DNA of 64,000 nucleotides from a virus. A program made the position numbers and the translations under genes. Positions 1 through 7,606 of this stretch are shown piece after piece. Where the stretch lies: the IMG/VR virus record IMGVR_UViG_3300007760_001422, positions 1 through 64,000 of that record. One strand, 5' to 3'. The first letter of the stretch is position 1; each line of letters begins with the position of its first letter. Below the pieces are notes generated by a model, which saw only the letters and a program-made list of their open reading frames with translations, did no database searches and was not told the origin of the DNA.

Positions 1-114
1 GCCGTCACCACAGGAGAATCCCCAGCACATAGCGGTTGATTGCATGGGGGCGCTTCTATCTCCATAAAGAAGGGGAAATGCTTTTACTAGTTTTTTATCA
101 TTTTCTTTATTCAT
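1..114 (-). CDS. hypothetical phage protein, 5' part only (runs off window)
   Basis: Not in ORF track. ATG at 114 opens MNKENDKKLVKAFPLLYGDRSAPMQSTAMCWGFSCGDG with no stop to base 1; GGAGAG upstream. Confidence 0.75.
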   Translation of the reverse strand, partial: MNKENDKKLVKAFPLLYGDRSAPMQSTAMCWGFSCGDG

Positions 115-140
115 TCTTCGCTCTCCCGCAACTCACTATA

Positions 141-371
141 TTAGCCCCATCTGGACAGTAAATCAATCGCCTGCTCAAGATGCCTAAGCCCTTTCGTAGC
201 ATTCTCATCCTCTGGTGCCGCTTGGGTCGCGGTTCGTATCTGATCATACACTCTATCAAGCGTGGCAATCTCTTCCTTGATACTATCCGGTCCAGTATAG
301 GGCATGGCACTATCCACCCCTTCAATCTCTTTTTTGATAATCTTTCTAAGTTGTCGTTTTGTGATTTTCAT
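141..371 (-). CDS. small protein with N-terminal MKITKRQLRKIIKKE motif (putative internal head protein)
   Basis: 76-aa ORF with AGGA RBS and CTATTTA motif upstream; N-terminus shared with ORFs 8490-8837 and 35402-36082. Confidence 0.7.
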   Translation of the reverse strand: MKITKRQLRKIIKKEIEGVDSAMPYTGPDSIKEEIATLDRVYDQIRTATQAAPEDENATKGLRHLEQAIDLLSRWG

Positions 372-402
372 TTTGTGTTTTCCTATAAAATGATGGTATT
401 CA

Positions 403-409
403 TAAATAG
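403..409 (-). promoter_or_regulatory. putative late promoter motif CTATTTA
   Basis: Same heptamer recurs in intergenic gaps before structural genes. Confidence 0.55.
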
Positions 410-459
410 GTTGAGTGGTTACTTTTTGTATCTTTATTCATTCTTCACTCTTTTCCTCA

Positions 460-497
460 TATGAACCGCATGCTCTATCCAACTGAGCTACGAGGGC
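460..497 (-). pseudogene. tRNA(CAT) 5' half (positions 1-37), 3' half absent
   Basis: GCCCTCG-TA-GCTC-AGTTGGATA-GAGC-A-TGCGG-TT-CAT-A gives an acceptor strand, a perfect D-arm and half an anticodon arm. No CCGCA, T-arm or CGAGGGC follows. Confidence 0.75.
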
Positions 498-1224
498 ATT
501 GTAATTCACGAATACGGGCATTCGCTACATCAACATATTCTGGATTGATCTCTATCCCAATAAAATTTCTATTTGTTTTTATTGCGGCGAGTGCCGTTGT
601 GCCGGATCCAATGCAATTATCTAATACAACATCTCCCTCATTTGTATATGTTTTAATCAGATATTCAAACAGGGCCAGTGGCTTTTGTGTCGGATGGTAT
701 ACCTTCCCCTCGCTTTCAGCAGTTTTAAAATATTGCACAGTGCGAGGATAGCGCATTCCAGTATCATTCTTCACAAGAACCGACTTTTGCTTTCCATAGA
801 CTTCGGTTGGCCGGTGAGCCTTGCCCTTGTTATATGGAGTGCTCTGCCACATTTGTGGATTATACACCGGTGGCTTTTTATAAAACACACACACGTCTTC
901 ATGAGCCCTCATCGGCATTTTTTTCGCATTCAAGTAACCGGTGGCCTTTGATTTTTCCCAAATCCAATTATATTTAAATTCTTTAATGTTCGAACTAATC
1001 AATACGCTAGTAAATGGCTGTGCGGACGTTAATACCACAGCTGCATTCTGTTTGATTACTCTCTTATACTCTTTCCACAATTCTTCAAGTGGGATGATTG
1101 TATCCCACTTGCATTGTGTGGTGCCGTATGGTAAATCACACAATATCATGTCAATTGAATCATCAGGAATCTCTCTCATCGTTTCCAGACATTCACCTGT
1201 ATATATTTTATTCAGAGACTTCAC
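475..1224 (-). CDS. DNA amino-methyltransferase (N6-A/N4-C, beta class)
   Basis: Catalytic motif IV ILCDLPYG near the N-terminus, HPTQKP, SAM-binding VLDNCIGSGTT and FIGIEINPEY near the C-terminus. Confidence 0.93.
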   Translation of the reverse strand: MKSLNKIYTGECLETMREIPDDSIDMILCDLPYGTTQCKWDTIIPLEELWKEYKRVIKQNAAVVLTSAQPFTSVLISSNIKEFKYNWIWEKSKATGYLNAKKMPMRAHEDVCVFYKKPPVYNPQMWQSTPYNKGKAHRPTEVYGKQKSVLVKNDTGMRYPRTVQYFKTAESEGKVYHPTQKPLALFEYLIKTYTNEGDVVLDNCIGSGTTALAAIKTNRNFIGIEINPEYVDVANARIRELQCPRSSVG

Positions 1225-1849
1225 TACCCTTCAACCTCTCTTCAAAAACATCCATAATGCTCTGAACATATTCCTTCAACTTTTTGTGATTTAACGGCTT
1301 ATGGTTTTCTTTCTTCCAGATTGGCTTTGTACTGCTTCGCTTTCCATCGGTTAAAAAACTAACACTACCGATGTGCCCCTCGTCCATGATAAAATCATAT
1401 GACTCTTTTTTAACAGAATTTTCAATAGCCAAGACAGAACTAGAAATATTACTTTTAGTATACTTTCTGATCATCCTACAGTCATCAGAGGCTCTAATAA
1501 GATAGCATCGATCCAAATAGGCCTTGCACTCTTCAATGTGAATCAAATCTCCGTCAATATATTGATGGCGGTCAACTTGCATCTGAATGGCATTGCCATT
1601 TTCATTAGTGCATTCAATCTTTCTTTCATCTCCCTTGAGGGTTTCGAATTTGAAACCATAAAGATTGGCATAGTGACTGCCCACCGCAGCCCATGCTGTC
1701 TCTGATAGTTTTTCACCCAGAGCGCCATTCATGTATCGAATTCGGCCGCCAACGTTGGGGGCGTGCGAGATTGAATCAATCTCTTTCATTGTTTTAGTAT
1801 AAAGATTATTTACTTTTTTACAAACACTATTAAACATTTCTTTTTGCAT
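1208..1849 (-). CDS. putative PD-(D/E)XK nuclease, possible restriction endonuclease partner of the MTase
   Basis: GALGEK...QVD(x)n IEECK pattern; overlaps the MTase start. Confidence 0.5.
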   Translation of the reverse strand: MQKEMFNSVCKKVNNLYTKTMKEIDSISHAPNVGGRIRYMNGALGEKLSETAWAAVGSHYANLYGFKFETLKGDERKIECTNENGNAIQMQVDRHQYIDGDLIHIEECKAYLDRCYLIRASDDCRMIRKYTKSNISSSVLAIENSVKKESYDFIMDEGHIGSVSFLTDGKRSSTKPIWKKENHKPLNHKKLKEYVQSIMDVFEERLKGSEVSE

Positions 1850-1857
1850 ATCTCATC

Positions 1858-2079
1858 CTATAATTTTTTTGTTTTTCCTCTAAATATTTGATAGAACACT
1901 GGTTTTTCTTTTGCATAGCAAACCGTTACATAGAAAGCATATCTATTGTTTGTCTGCATTGAAATTCCCATTTGTACGTTCCCACAAGAACAAGTATCAG
2001 CAGCGTTCCCTTCGTGAAAGTCGCTATGAAAAAACACGTCCTTGCACAAAGGGCACTCTATCTTTACTTTTTCTGCCAT
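1858..2079 (-). CDS. small zinc-finger protein
   Basis: CPLC...CSCGN; ATG at 2079 preferred because the GTG at 2088 abuts the -10 box. Confidence 0.65.
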   Translation of the reverse strand: MAEKVKIECPLCKDVFFHSDFHEGNAADTCSCGNVQMGISMQTNNRYAFYVTVCYAKEKPVFYQIFRGKTKKL

Positions 2080-2090
2080 ATAATACACCC

Positions 2091-2119
2091 ATTATACAAT
2101 GTTTTAGTTTAAAAAGCAA
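2091..2119 (-). promoter_or_regulatory. sigma70-type early promoter
   Basis: TTGCTT-17 bp-TATAAT upstream of the zinc-finger/nuclease/MTase genes. Confidence 0.7.
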
Positions 2120-3071
2120 GAGATATTCTTTTAAAATTTGCAAACATATCTGACCAATCATATGAGCCAAAGCCGTCCTCCAACATCGCCTTAAGAACTT
2201 CGGTTTTGTTAAATTCAGGATTAAAGTTTTTTATCACATGATTGATGCGTTGTTTCCCCTGTATGCTAATTAAAGGCGAATATAACTGCATCAGTTTATA
2301 ATTTTCTTTAATAAGTTCAACGTTATCAACAATATTTCTGTAAGCTTTAAGATTCGAATCTGTAAGCTCACAAAACTCACTGACTTCCGGAATGGAATAA
2401 GTCTTTTCTTCTTTTAAAAAAGGTAGTCTTTTCGCCACTGTGGGCATGCCAATCGCTGGAACCCCGGGAAGATTGTCTGATTTATCACCAGCAATGGCCC
2501 GGGCTAAGGCAAAATTAGTCGGATGTATGCCATACATATCAACAATTCTGTTAGTGTTTAAAACTTGCTTTTGAATTGGCCTTAAGACAACGGTTGTATC
2601 GTCACAAAGTTGAAAAAAATCTTTATCACTAGAGACTATAACCTTTTGCCATTCACTGTAATGTTTATGTCGAACAACATAAGAAATAATATCGTCGGCC
2701 TCGACTGAATCTAGCATCAGCTGCATGACCGGCATGCTGTTAAGAACTTCCACCAATCTGGTCTGCTGCCAGATTTTATTTTTGATTTCCTCTTCCTCTC
2801 CCAAGGTTCTAATATCTCTATTCAGTCGCAGTGGTTTTCGACCAGCTTTATAGTTTTTGTTTGTTGATTTTCTCTTTTTTGACCCGCCGGGGCCGTCCCA
2901 GCAGATCACAACCCCATCGGGTTTTATTTCTCTGATTAATTTTTGTAGGATCTTTAAAAAGCCCTTTAACCCACCGATTGGATCGCCATTGGTTGATAGA
3001 CTAGGGTCAACAATATATGCCCTGAAATACATATTGAGGGCGTCGATGATGAGCAATCTTTTAGTTTTCAT
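2109..3071 (-). CDS. 5'-3' exonuclease / flap endonuclease (PolI N-terminal domain / T4 RNase H family)
   Basis: LLIIDALN, YKAGR, VEADDII, IVSSDKDFFQL, GDKSDNLPGV motifs. Confidence 0.93.
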   Translation of the reverse strand: MKTKRLLIIDALNMYFRAYIVDPSLSTNGDPIGGLKGFLKILQKLIREIKPDGVVICWDGPGGSKKRKSTNKNYKAGRKPLRLNRDIRTLGEEEEIKNKIWQQTRLVEVLNSMPVMQLMLDSVEADDIISYVVRHKHYSEWQKVIVSSDKDFFQLCDDTTVVLRPIQKQVLNTNRIVDMYGIHPTNFALARAIAGDKSDNLPGVPAIGMPTVAKRLPFLKEEKTYSIPEVSEFCELTDSNLKAYRNIVDNVELIKENYKLMQLYSPLISIQGKQRINHVIKNFNPEFNKTEVLKAMLEDGFGSYDWSDMFANFKRISLAF

Positions 3072-3771
3072 TTTTAACTTCCATGTAGGCCTTTATTGTT
3101 TCCGGAAACAGGCCTTCTGCGATCCGCAAGCATGCACTAGCCACTAATTGTATTTCCCACTGTGCGCCCTCGTGATTTCTCAAGTCAATAAACTTAAGAA
3201 AGTTATTTAAATTAACAGTGCCGTAATACTCTGTATATAAATTTTGTGGCAACACACCTCGGGCTTGTTCTCGACACACGCCGTGTTCCATTAGAATATT
3301 ATAAAGCGCTAGCGCCTCTTTGTGAAAGCTCTTTATTCGACGAGATGCAACATGGTGAATGTTGCCTACCCCTTTCATTGCCGGAAATACAGGATTTATA
3401 TACTCTGGTACCGAAGCTTGCCGGTTCGAGTCGCTCTGTTTCCTAAAGGTTTCTGGCTCATAGAACTCTAAATTAAAATCCGTATAGCGTCTTGAAATTT
3501 CGTTATATGACCAAGTTCGATGTCTGTGGTGTTGTGAGCGGATAAACAAGGGCACCTTAAACCTAAACGTCATGACGTTGTGTTCCAGCGTTGACGTGTG
3601 TTTGTTTTTAATAAGATATTTAATTAACTTAATATCGCGCTCATTAAGACTTGTGACACGCTTACCGAAACTGACACGAGCGGAATTAACAACTGTAGTA
3701 TCACTACCCATATGGGAAACATACTCAACAAAACCAATGCCATCTGAATATAATTCAATTCTTTTCTCCAT
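3061..3771 (-). CDS. thyX: FAD-dependent thymidylate synthase ThyX
   Basis: ARVSF, HTSTLEH, signature RHRTWSYNEISRRY, EQARGVLP, AQWEI. Confidence 0.96.
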   Translation of the reverse strand: MEKRIELYSDGIGFVEYVSHMGSDTTVVNSARVSFGKRVTSLNERDIKLIKYLIKNKHTSTLEHNVMTFRFKVPLFIRSQHHRHRTWSYNEISRRYTDFNLEFYEPETFRKQSDSNRQASVPEYINPVFPAMKGVGNIHHVASRRIKSFHKEALALYNILMEHGVCREQARGVLPQNLYTEYYGTVNLNNFLKFIDLRNHEGAQWEIQLVASACLRIAEGLFPETIKAYMEVKNEN

Positions 3772-4159
3772 TTTTTTCTTCCTCGAATTGTGGCCCTACT
3801 TTAAATTTAAGGGCGCGCCACTGTGGACAATTTTCATCTTCTAGTGCCAAGTTGTTATAAACCAAGCTATAGTCTGCCAAGCACATAGTTGTGCACACAC
3901 AAGTTGCATATCGTGGTTCAAAGGATTCGCCACAATCTACAAACATGGGCGTGCCTTGATGCTCGCCAAATCTACATACATTTTCGCTGATTTTCGACAG
4001 AATGTCAAGCTTTTTTTTCAAATTAATTTTATCTTTTTTTATTTTTTGATTCTCTTGTCTTAAACTAACAACTTCCATAGAGATATCGTAGACTGCATAT
4101 GAGGCGAGGCCAACAGCAAGAAGTAAAAAGATATTTAATGTTATTTTTTTAACACTCAT
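3755..4159 (-). CDS. hypothetical membrane-anchored, Cys-rich protein
   Basis: N-terminal hydrophobic helix, coiled coil, six Cys in the C-terminal half. Confidence 0.65.
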   Translation of the reverse strand: MSVKKITLNIFLLLAVGLASYAVYDISMEVVSLRQENQKIKKDKINLKKKLDILSKISENVCRFGEHQGTPMFVDCGESFEPRYATCVCTTMCLADYSLVYNNLALEDENCPQWRALKFKVGPQFEEEKNGEKN

Positions 4160-4169
4160 GAATAAAAAG

Positions 4170-4202
4170 TTGAGACATCTGTAAACCCATGCCTCCCTGC
4201 GG
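4170..4202 (-). repeat. 33-bp intergenic repeat, copy 1 (candidate structured RNA)
   Basis: CCGCAGGGAGGCATGGGTTTACAGATGTCTCAA, identical to 5198-5230. Confidence 0.9.
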
Positions 4203-4208
4203 TTTAAA

Positions 4209-5120
4209 CTAATTTAATAGATTAGAAGTTTTATTTAGCTTAACAATTTTCTGCTTATGTTTAAGAGAACAACCATTAGGCACAGTAACCCTTCGATAAT
4301 CCACAATTAATCCATGAGCGATAGATTCTCCATGCTTATGATGGACTCGACCTCCCTTGGTCTTATAATCAGAAGCAGCATTATACTGAGTATGAATTGC
4401 CACATAATTACTAAACCAAAGCTTAAAATCTTTGTCGACCGCAGAACCATCATTAAAAGACGGATGCAACTTGAATAAGAGCGTAGTGCCCTCCAAAAGT
4501 TCACCCTGAATCTTTTCATCGCTCGGCCACGCTTTGTGCAAAAGTTCAGAAGCTAGTTTTACGTTATCTAAACCGTGCTTTGCACATCGGTTAAACGCCC
4601 CAACAGAGATTCGCTTTGAGTTTGGTGCACCAACGGTGCCAAACGTATCAGGAGAGCCATAAACACTCAAACCAGCATAAACAAGCTGATTTTTAGTCTC
4701 TAGTGCTTTCTGGTCTTGTGCAAGAACTTGGTGCACAAAAACTTCATCTTTGTTTGCACTCTTGCGGTTCGACCAGTTAACTTCATAGAAAAGTTTATGA
4801 TATTCCTGTTCGTCTCCAACATCGATACGATAACAAGGCATCTTAGTACGATTTGGAAACACGACTCTGTACATTCCTCGGCGGTGATCACCATCTAAAA
4901 GATATTCATCACCACTAGGAAAGACAGCAATTGTGGGGGGAGTGAACTTTGACCAATCAAAACCATCCTTAAGATATTTCTTAAGTTGGCTGGCCTTTGT
5001 TTCACGATTAACCAGACTCAACACATCCACACTTACTTGGCCCGGTTTACCGGGCTTTCCGAAAATATCGACGTCATTGATTTTTAGAGATTTTACATCT
5101 CCAACTAAAAAATTACTCAT
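4209..5120 (-). CDS. ParB/Srx-like N-terminal domain protein
   Basis: FDWSKFTPPTIAV...YLLDGDHRRG resembles the ParB-like DGxHR motif; AGGAGG RBS. Confidence 0.65.
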   Translation of the reverse strand: MSNFLVGDVKSLKINDVDIFGKPGKPGQVSVDVLSLVNRETKASQLKKYLKDGFDWSKFTPPTIAVFPSGDEYLLDGDHRRGMYRVVFPNRTKMPCYRIDVGDEQEYHKLFYEVNWSNRKSANKDEVFVHQVLAQDQKALETKNQLVYAGLSVYGSPDTFGTVGAPNSKRISVGAFNRCAKHGLDNVKLASELLHKAWPSDEKIQGELLEGTTLLFKLHPSFNDGSAVDKDFKLWFSNYVAIHTQYNAASDYKTKGGRVHHKHGESIAHGLIVDYRRVTVPNGCSLKHKQKIVKLNKTSNLLN

Positions 5121-5197
5121 AATTATTCCTCCTTATGAGCAGCATCTAAGGTTTTGAGGCCAATTGGACTTACACTAGGTACCTTATCACCTAAAAT

Positions 5198-5230
5198 TTG
5201 AGACATCTGTAAACCCATGCCTCCCTGCGG
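5198..5230 (-). repeat. 33-bp intergenic repeat, copy 2
   Basis: Identical to 4170-4202. Confidence 0.9.
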
Positions 5231-5243
5231 CTCTATAAAGAAT

Positions 5244-5603
5244 TTAATAATAGTATCTGCGTGTAACTCTTCTTTTAAGATTGCCTTTTCTATTATATCG
5301 TCTCGTTACAATTCGCTTTCGCACACGATGGTTGTGCCTGTGGTGGCGCACACGATGGTTGTGCTTGTGATATCGTACGCGCTGTCGATGATGGCGACGG
5401 ACACGATGATATCTTTTGTTAACTTGGCCCATATAACGCCTGTAGGTGTTGCTGTGGGTTCTTACCCGAATCACAGATGCCGGAGCGTGTGAAGTATATA
5501 CAACTTCGTGTGGCATATACGCCTCACCCTCATATGCAAACCCTGCAAAGCAGCCCGGGGTGACAAAAAGCGTAGTACCTAGCACTACATATAAAATACA
5601 CAT
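5244..5603 (-). CDS. putative exported/lipoprotein with Arg/His-rich tail
   Basis: AGGAGG RBS before ATG 5603; hydrophobic N-terminus ending TPGC; tail with repeated HNHRVR. Confidence 0.6.
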   Translation of the reverse strand: MCILYVVLGTTLFVTPGCFAGFAYEGEAYMPHEVVYTSHAPASVIRVRTHSNTYRRYMGQVNKRYHRVRRHHRQRVRYHKHNHRVRHHRHNHRVRKRIVTRRYNRKGNLKRRVTRRYYY

Positions 5604-5628
5604 TGTAGTTTTCCTCCTAGAAATATTA

Positions 5629-6762
5629 TTATATATTTGTTGCAATTTGCGTGCCATTTTCTTCATCCTCGTAAAATGCTTCCGCGGAGCCAATTCGTTT
5701 ATCAAATTTCATGATAATTTCTTCATCCATAATAGTTAAAACCCGATTTCGAAACTTTTCTTTCGAAAGCTTCTCTTTCCATTTGGATGCTTGAAACTTT
5801 TCTCGTGTGTCGTCCTCGTAACAAAGCTCATACCATGCACCAGCCTGTTTTAACGAGTCTGAGCCCTTAATCGCATCCAGCCAGCTTTCCTCATCTTGTA
5901 CACCAATCTCGTCACCCCACAAGATTTTAAAATTGCATTGTCTTCCTTGGGTGCCAAAGCGACTCTTCTCAAGTTTTACCTTGACTTCTGATCCCACCCT
6001 AAAGCCTTTATCATCCAGTACGAAAGAAGCCTTTGCCTTGCGCCCAGTGAGCCACACACGCAATGAATAGGCATAAATCATAGCTTTGCCGCCCGGGGTC
6101 ATATAGGGCGTTGTAAGAGCCTCTGAAGGGCTCCTAGTGATATTAGACTTAAGCTGGTTTAGGACCAAAAATGTCGACTGACTATTAGCTATTGGTACCG
6201 TTAATTTTGACATCCCTTTTGCTAAAATTCTAGCCTTTACTGCCATGGATGAAAGTGGATTAAAATCACCCTCAACATCAGAAACTGCTGGCGTTAAAGC
6301 TAGCGAGTCCCAAATAAATAACATTCTATTTTCATTCGCGCCTAGAAGCTCTTCGATTGTCTCTAATACAAATTCAACATTTTGTGCTTGAATATATAGA
6401 ATATTATCGACGTTGCAACCAGCCTTCTCTAGAAAGCCGGGATCAATAGCAGATTCCGAATCAAAATAAATCACATCGATGCCCATTTTTTGAGCGTTGG
6501 CAGCAACTTGGGCGGCCATGTAAGATTTTCCCGTAGATTCTAATCCTGCGATTTCAGTAATTTTTCCAACTGGTATGCCCGCTGCTCTTCCTCGACATAT
6601 AATTGAATCTAGCCAACGTGAGCCAGTAGGAATCCACTCTTTGACAATCGTTGGGCTGTCTTCATTTAGATTATGAGCCACGTTCATTCCAGCTTTTTTA
6701 TTAATAAGCTGTCGCATATCTGCGACCGATAGGCTCCCAACTTTTTGTTTTTTTCTTGCCAT
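5629..6762 (-). CDS. recA: RecA/UvsX recombinase
   Basis: IPTGSRWLD, Walker A GLESTGKS, Walker B FIWDS, NQLK, TPGGKA, QAGAWY. Confidence 0.95.
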   Translation of the reverse strand: MARKKQKVGSLSVADMRQLINKKAGMNVAHNLNEDSPTIVKEWIPTGSRWLDSIICRGRAAGIPVGKITEIAGLESTGKSYMAAQVAANAQKMGIDVIYFDSESAIDPGFLEKAGCNVDNILYIQAQNVEFVLETIEELLGANENRMLFIWDSLALTPAVSDVEGDFNPLSSMAVKARILAKGMSKLTVPIANSQSTFLVLNQLKSNITRSPSEALTTPYMTPGGKAMIYAYSLRVWLTGRKAKASFVLDDKGFRVGSEVKVKLEKSRFGTQGRQCNFKILWGDEIGVQDEESWLDAIKGSDSLKQAGAWYELCYEDDTREKFQASKWKEKLSKEKFRNRVLTIMDEEIIMKFDKRIGSAEAFYEDEENGTQIATNI

Positions 6763-6779
6763 AATTTACCTCGATTGAA

Positions 6780-6806
6780 ATTGAGAGGGGCAATGCCCCT
6801 CTCAAT
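6780..6806 (-). terminator. perfect hairpin between SSB and RecA (terminator or processing site)
   Basis: ATTGAGAGGGGC-ATT-GCCCCTCTCAAT, 12-bp stem with only a short U tail. Confidence 0.6.
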
Positions 6807-6814
6807 ATTAAACT

Positions 6815-7579
6815 TTAAGCATTAATTAATTCATTAAAAGCAGCTTCAACTGAACTTTCTTTTGTTCCTTTGTTGTTGCTTTTATTATAAGCTTGAAGCT
6901 CGGAGGAGACTTCTTCTGCGTCGGTGTCATTCAGGATGAACTCATTGAGCAGAGCAGAAACCTCTTGGGGGGATTTTCTATCGAATAAAGATTCAAAATC
7001 CGGAATGCTCTCAAGCAATTCTGCACAACGCTTGGGATCCATCTCATCGCATAGCGAAGAACTTTTTCTGCGAGGAGTGATCTTTGTTTGTGGGAATGAT
7101 GCGCCCGGAGGCTTTCCATACCCAATTGTAAGATCCGTTCCTGCCTCGACATCTGTAATGTCTCCATATTCAGGATTCAACACTAGACTAAGAAGGTTTT
7201 CATATGCCATCTTGCCGAAGCCCCAAACTTTAACGCCCTCATCCTCTTCGCCGCGCACTAGCACCGGTGTAAAAAACCGTTGGCGCACAAAAAGGTTTTT
7301 GGCCTCTTTGATACTTTCGGTTGTACCGTCTTTATATAGCTTTGTTGCAAAATCGCAGACTGCACAGTCTTCGCCATAATTGCGCTTTGGGCAGAGAAAG
7401 CCCGGGTTTTTGCCAACGTTATAATGGAAATAATAATCCTTAAAAGGATCTCCATCTGCCGTAGGAACAATTCTCACCTTGGTTTCGCCCTCTTGTGGGC
7501 GCCAAAATTGACTACTTTTGCCGCCATTGGACTTTAGGTTAGTCAATCTTTCCCGAATTTTATTTAAATCTAAACTCAT
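6815..7579 (-). CDS. single-stranded DNA-binding protein, T4 gp32-like
   Basis: FWRP, VRIVP, H..CPK..DCAVC zinc site, KVWGFGK, YGDITD..GTDL, C-terminal AFNELI; adjacent to RecA. Confidence 0.8.
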   Translation of the reverse strand: MSLDLNKIRERLTNLKSNGGKSSQFWRPQEGETKVRIVPTADGDPFKDYYFHYNVGKNPGFLCPKRNYGEDCAVCDFATKLYKDGTTESIKEAKNLFVRQRFFTPVLVRGEEDEGVKVWGFGKMAYENLLSLVLNPEYGDITDVEAGTDLTIGYGKPPGASFPQTKITPRRKSSSLCDEMDPKRCAELLESIPDFESLFDRKSPQEVSALLNEFILNDTDAEEVSSELQAYNKSNNKGTKESSVEAAFNELINA

Positions 7580-7606
7580 AATATTTTTCCTTTTTTTTTG
7601 TAAAAG

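Larger units (their letters stand above)
104..451. repeat. 21-bp direct repeat pair (104-124 and 431-451) flanking ORF 141-371
   Basis: tctttattcattcttc(g/a)ctct, 20/21 identical; on the minus strand it contains ATG AAT AAA GA, the start of the downstream gene. Confidence 0.8.

Noticed and set aside
4170-4202. Repeat as the missing 3' half of the tRNA (it begins CCGCA, complementary to the TGCGG anticodon stem)
   Set aside because: No TTCRA T-loop and no CGAGGGC acceptor strand follow; the 5-nt match is probably chance.
4170-5230. 33-bp repeats as a CRISPR array
   Set aside because: Only two copies, about 1 kb apart, with a whole gene between them; no cas genes in the window.
5198-5240. HDV-like/theta ribozyme on the plus strand (GCC-TCCCTGC-GGC resembles P3/L3)
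   Set aside because: No P1 3' strand, P1.1 GG or J4/2-P2 elements follow, and it would be antisense to all local genes.
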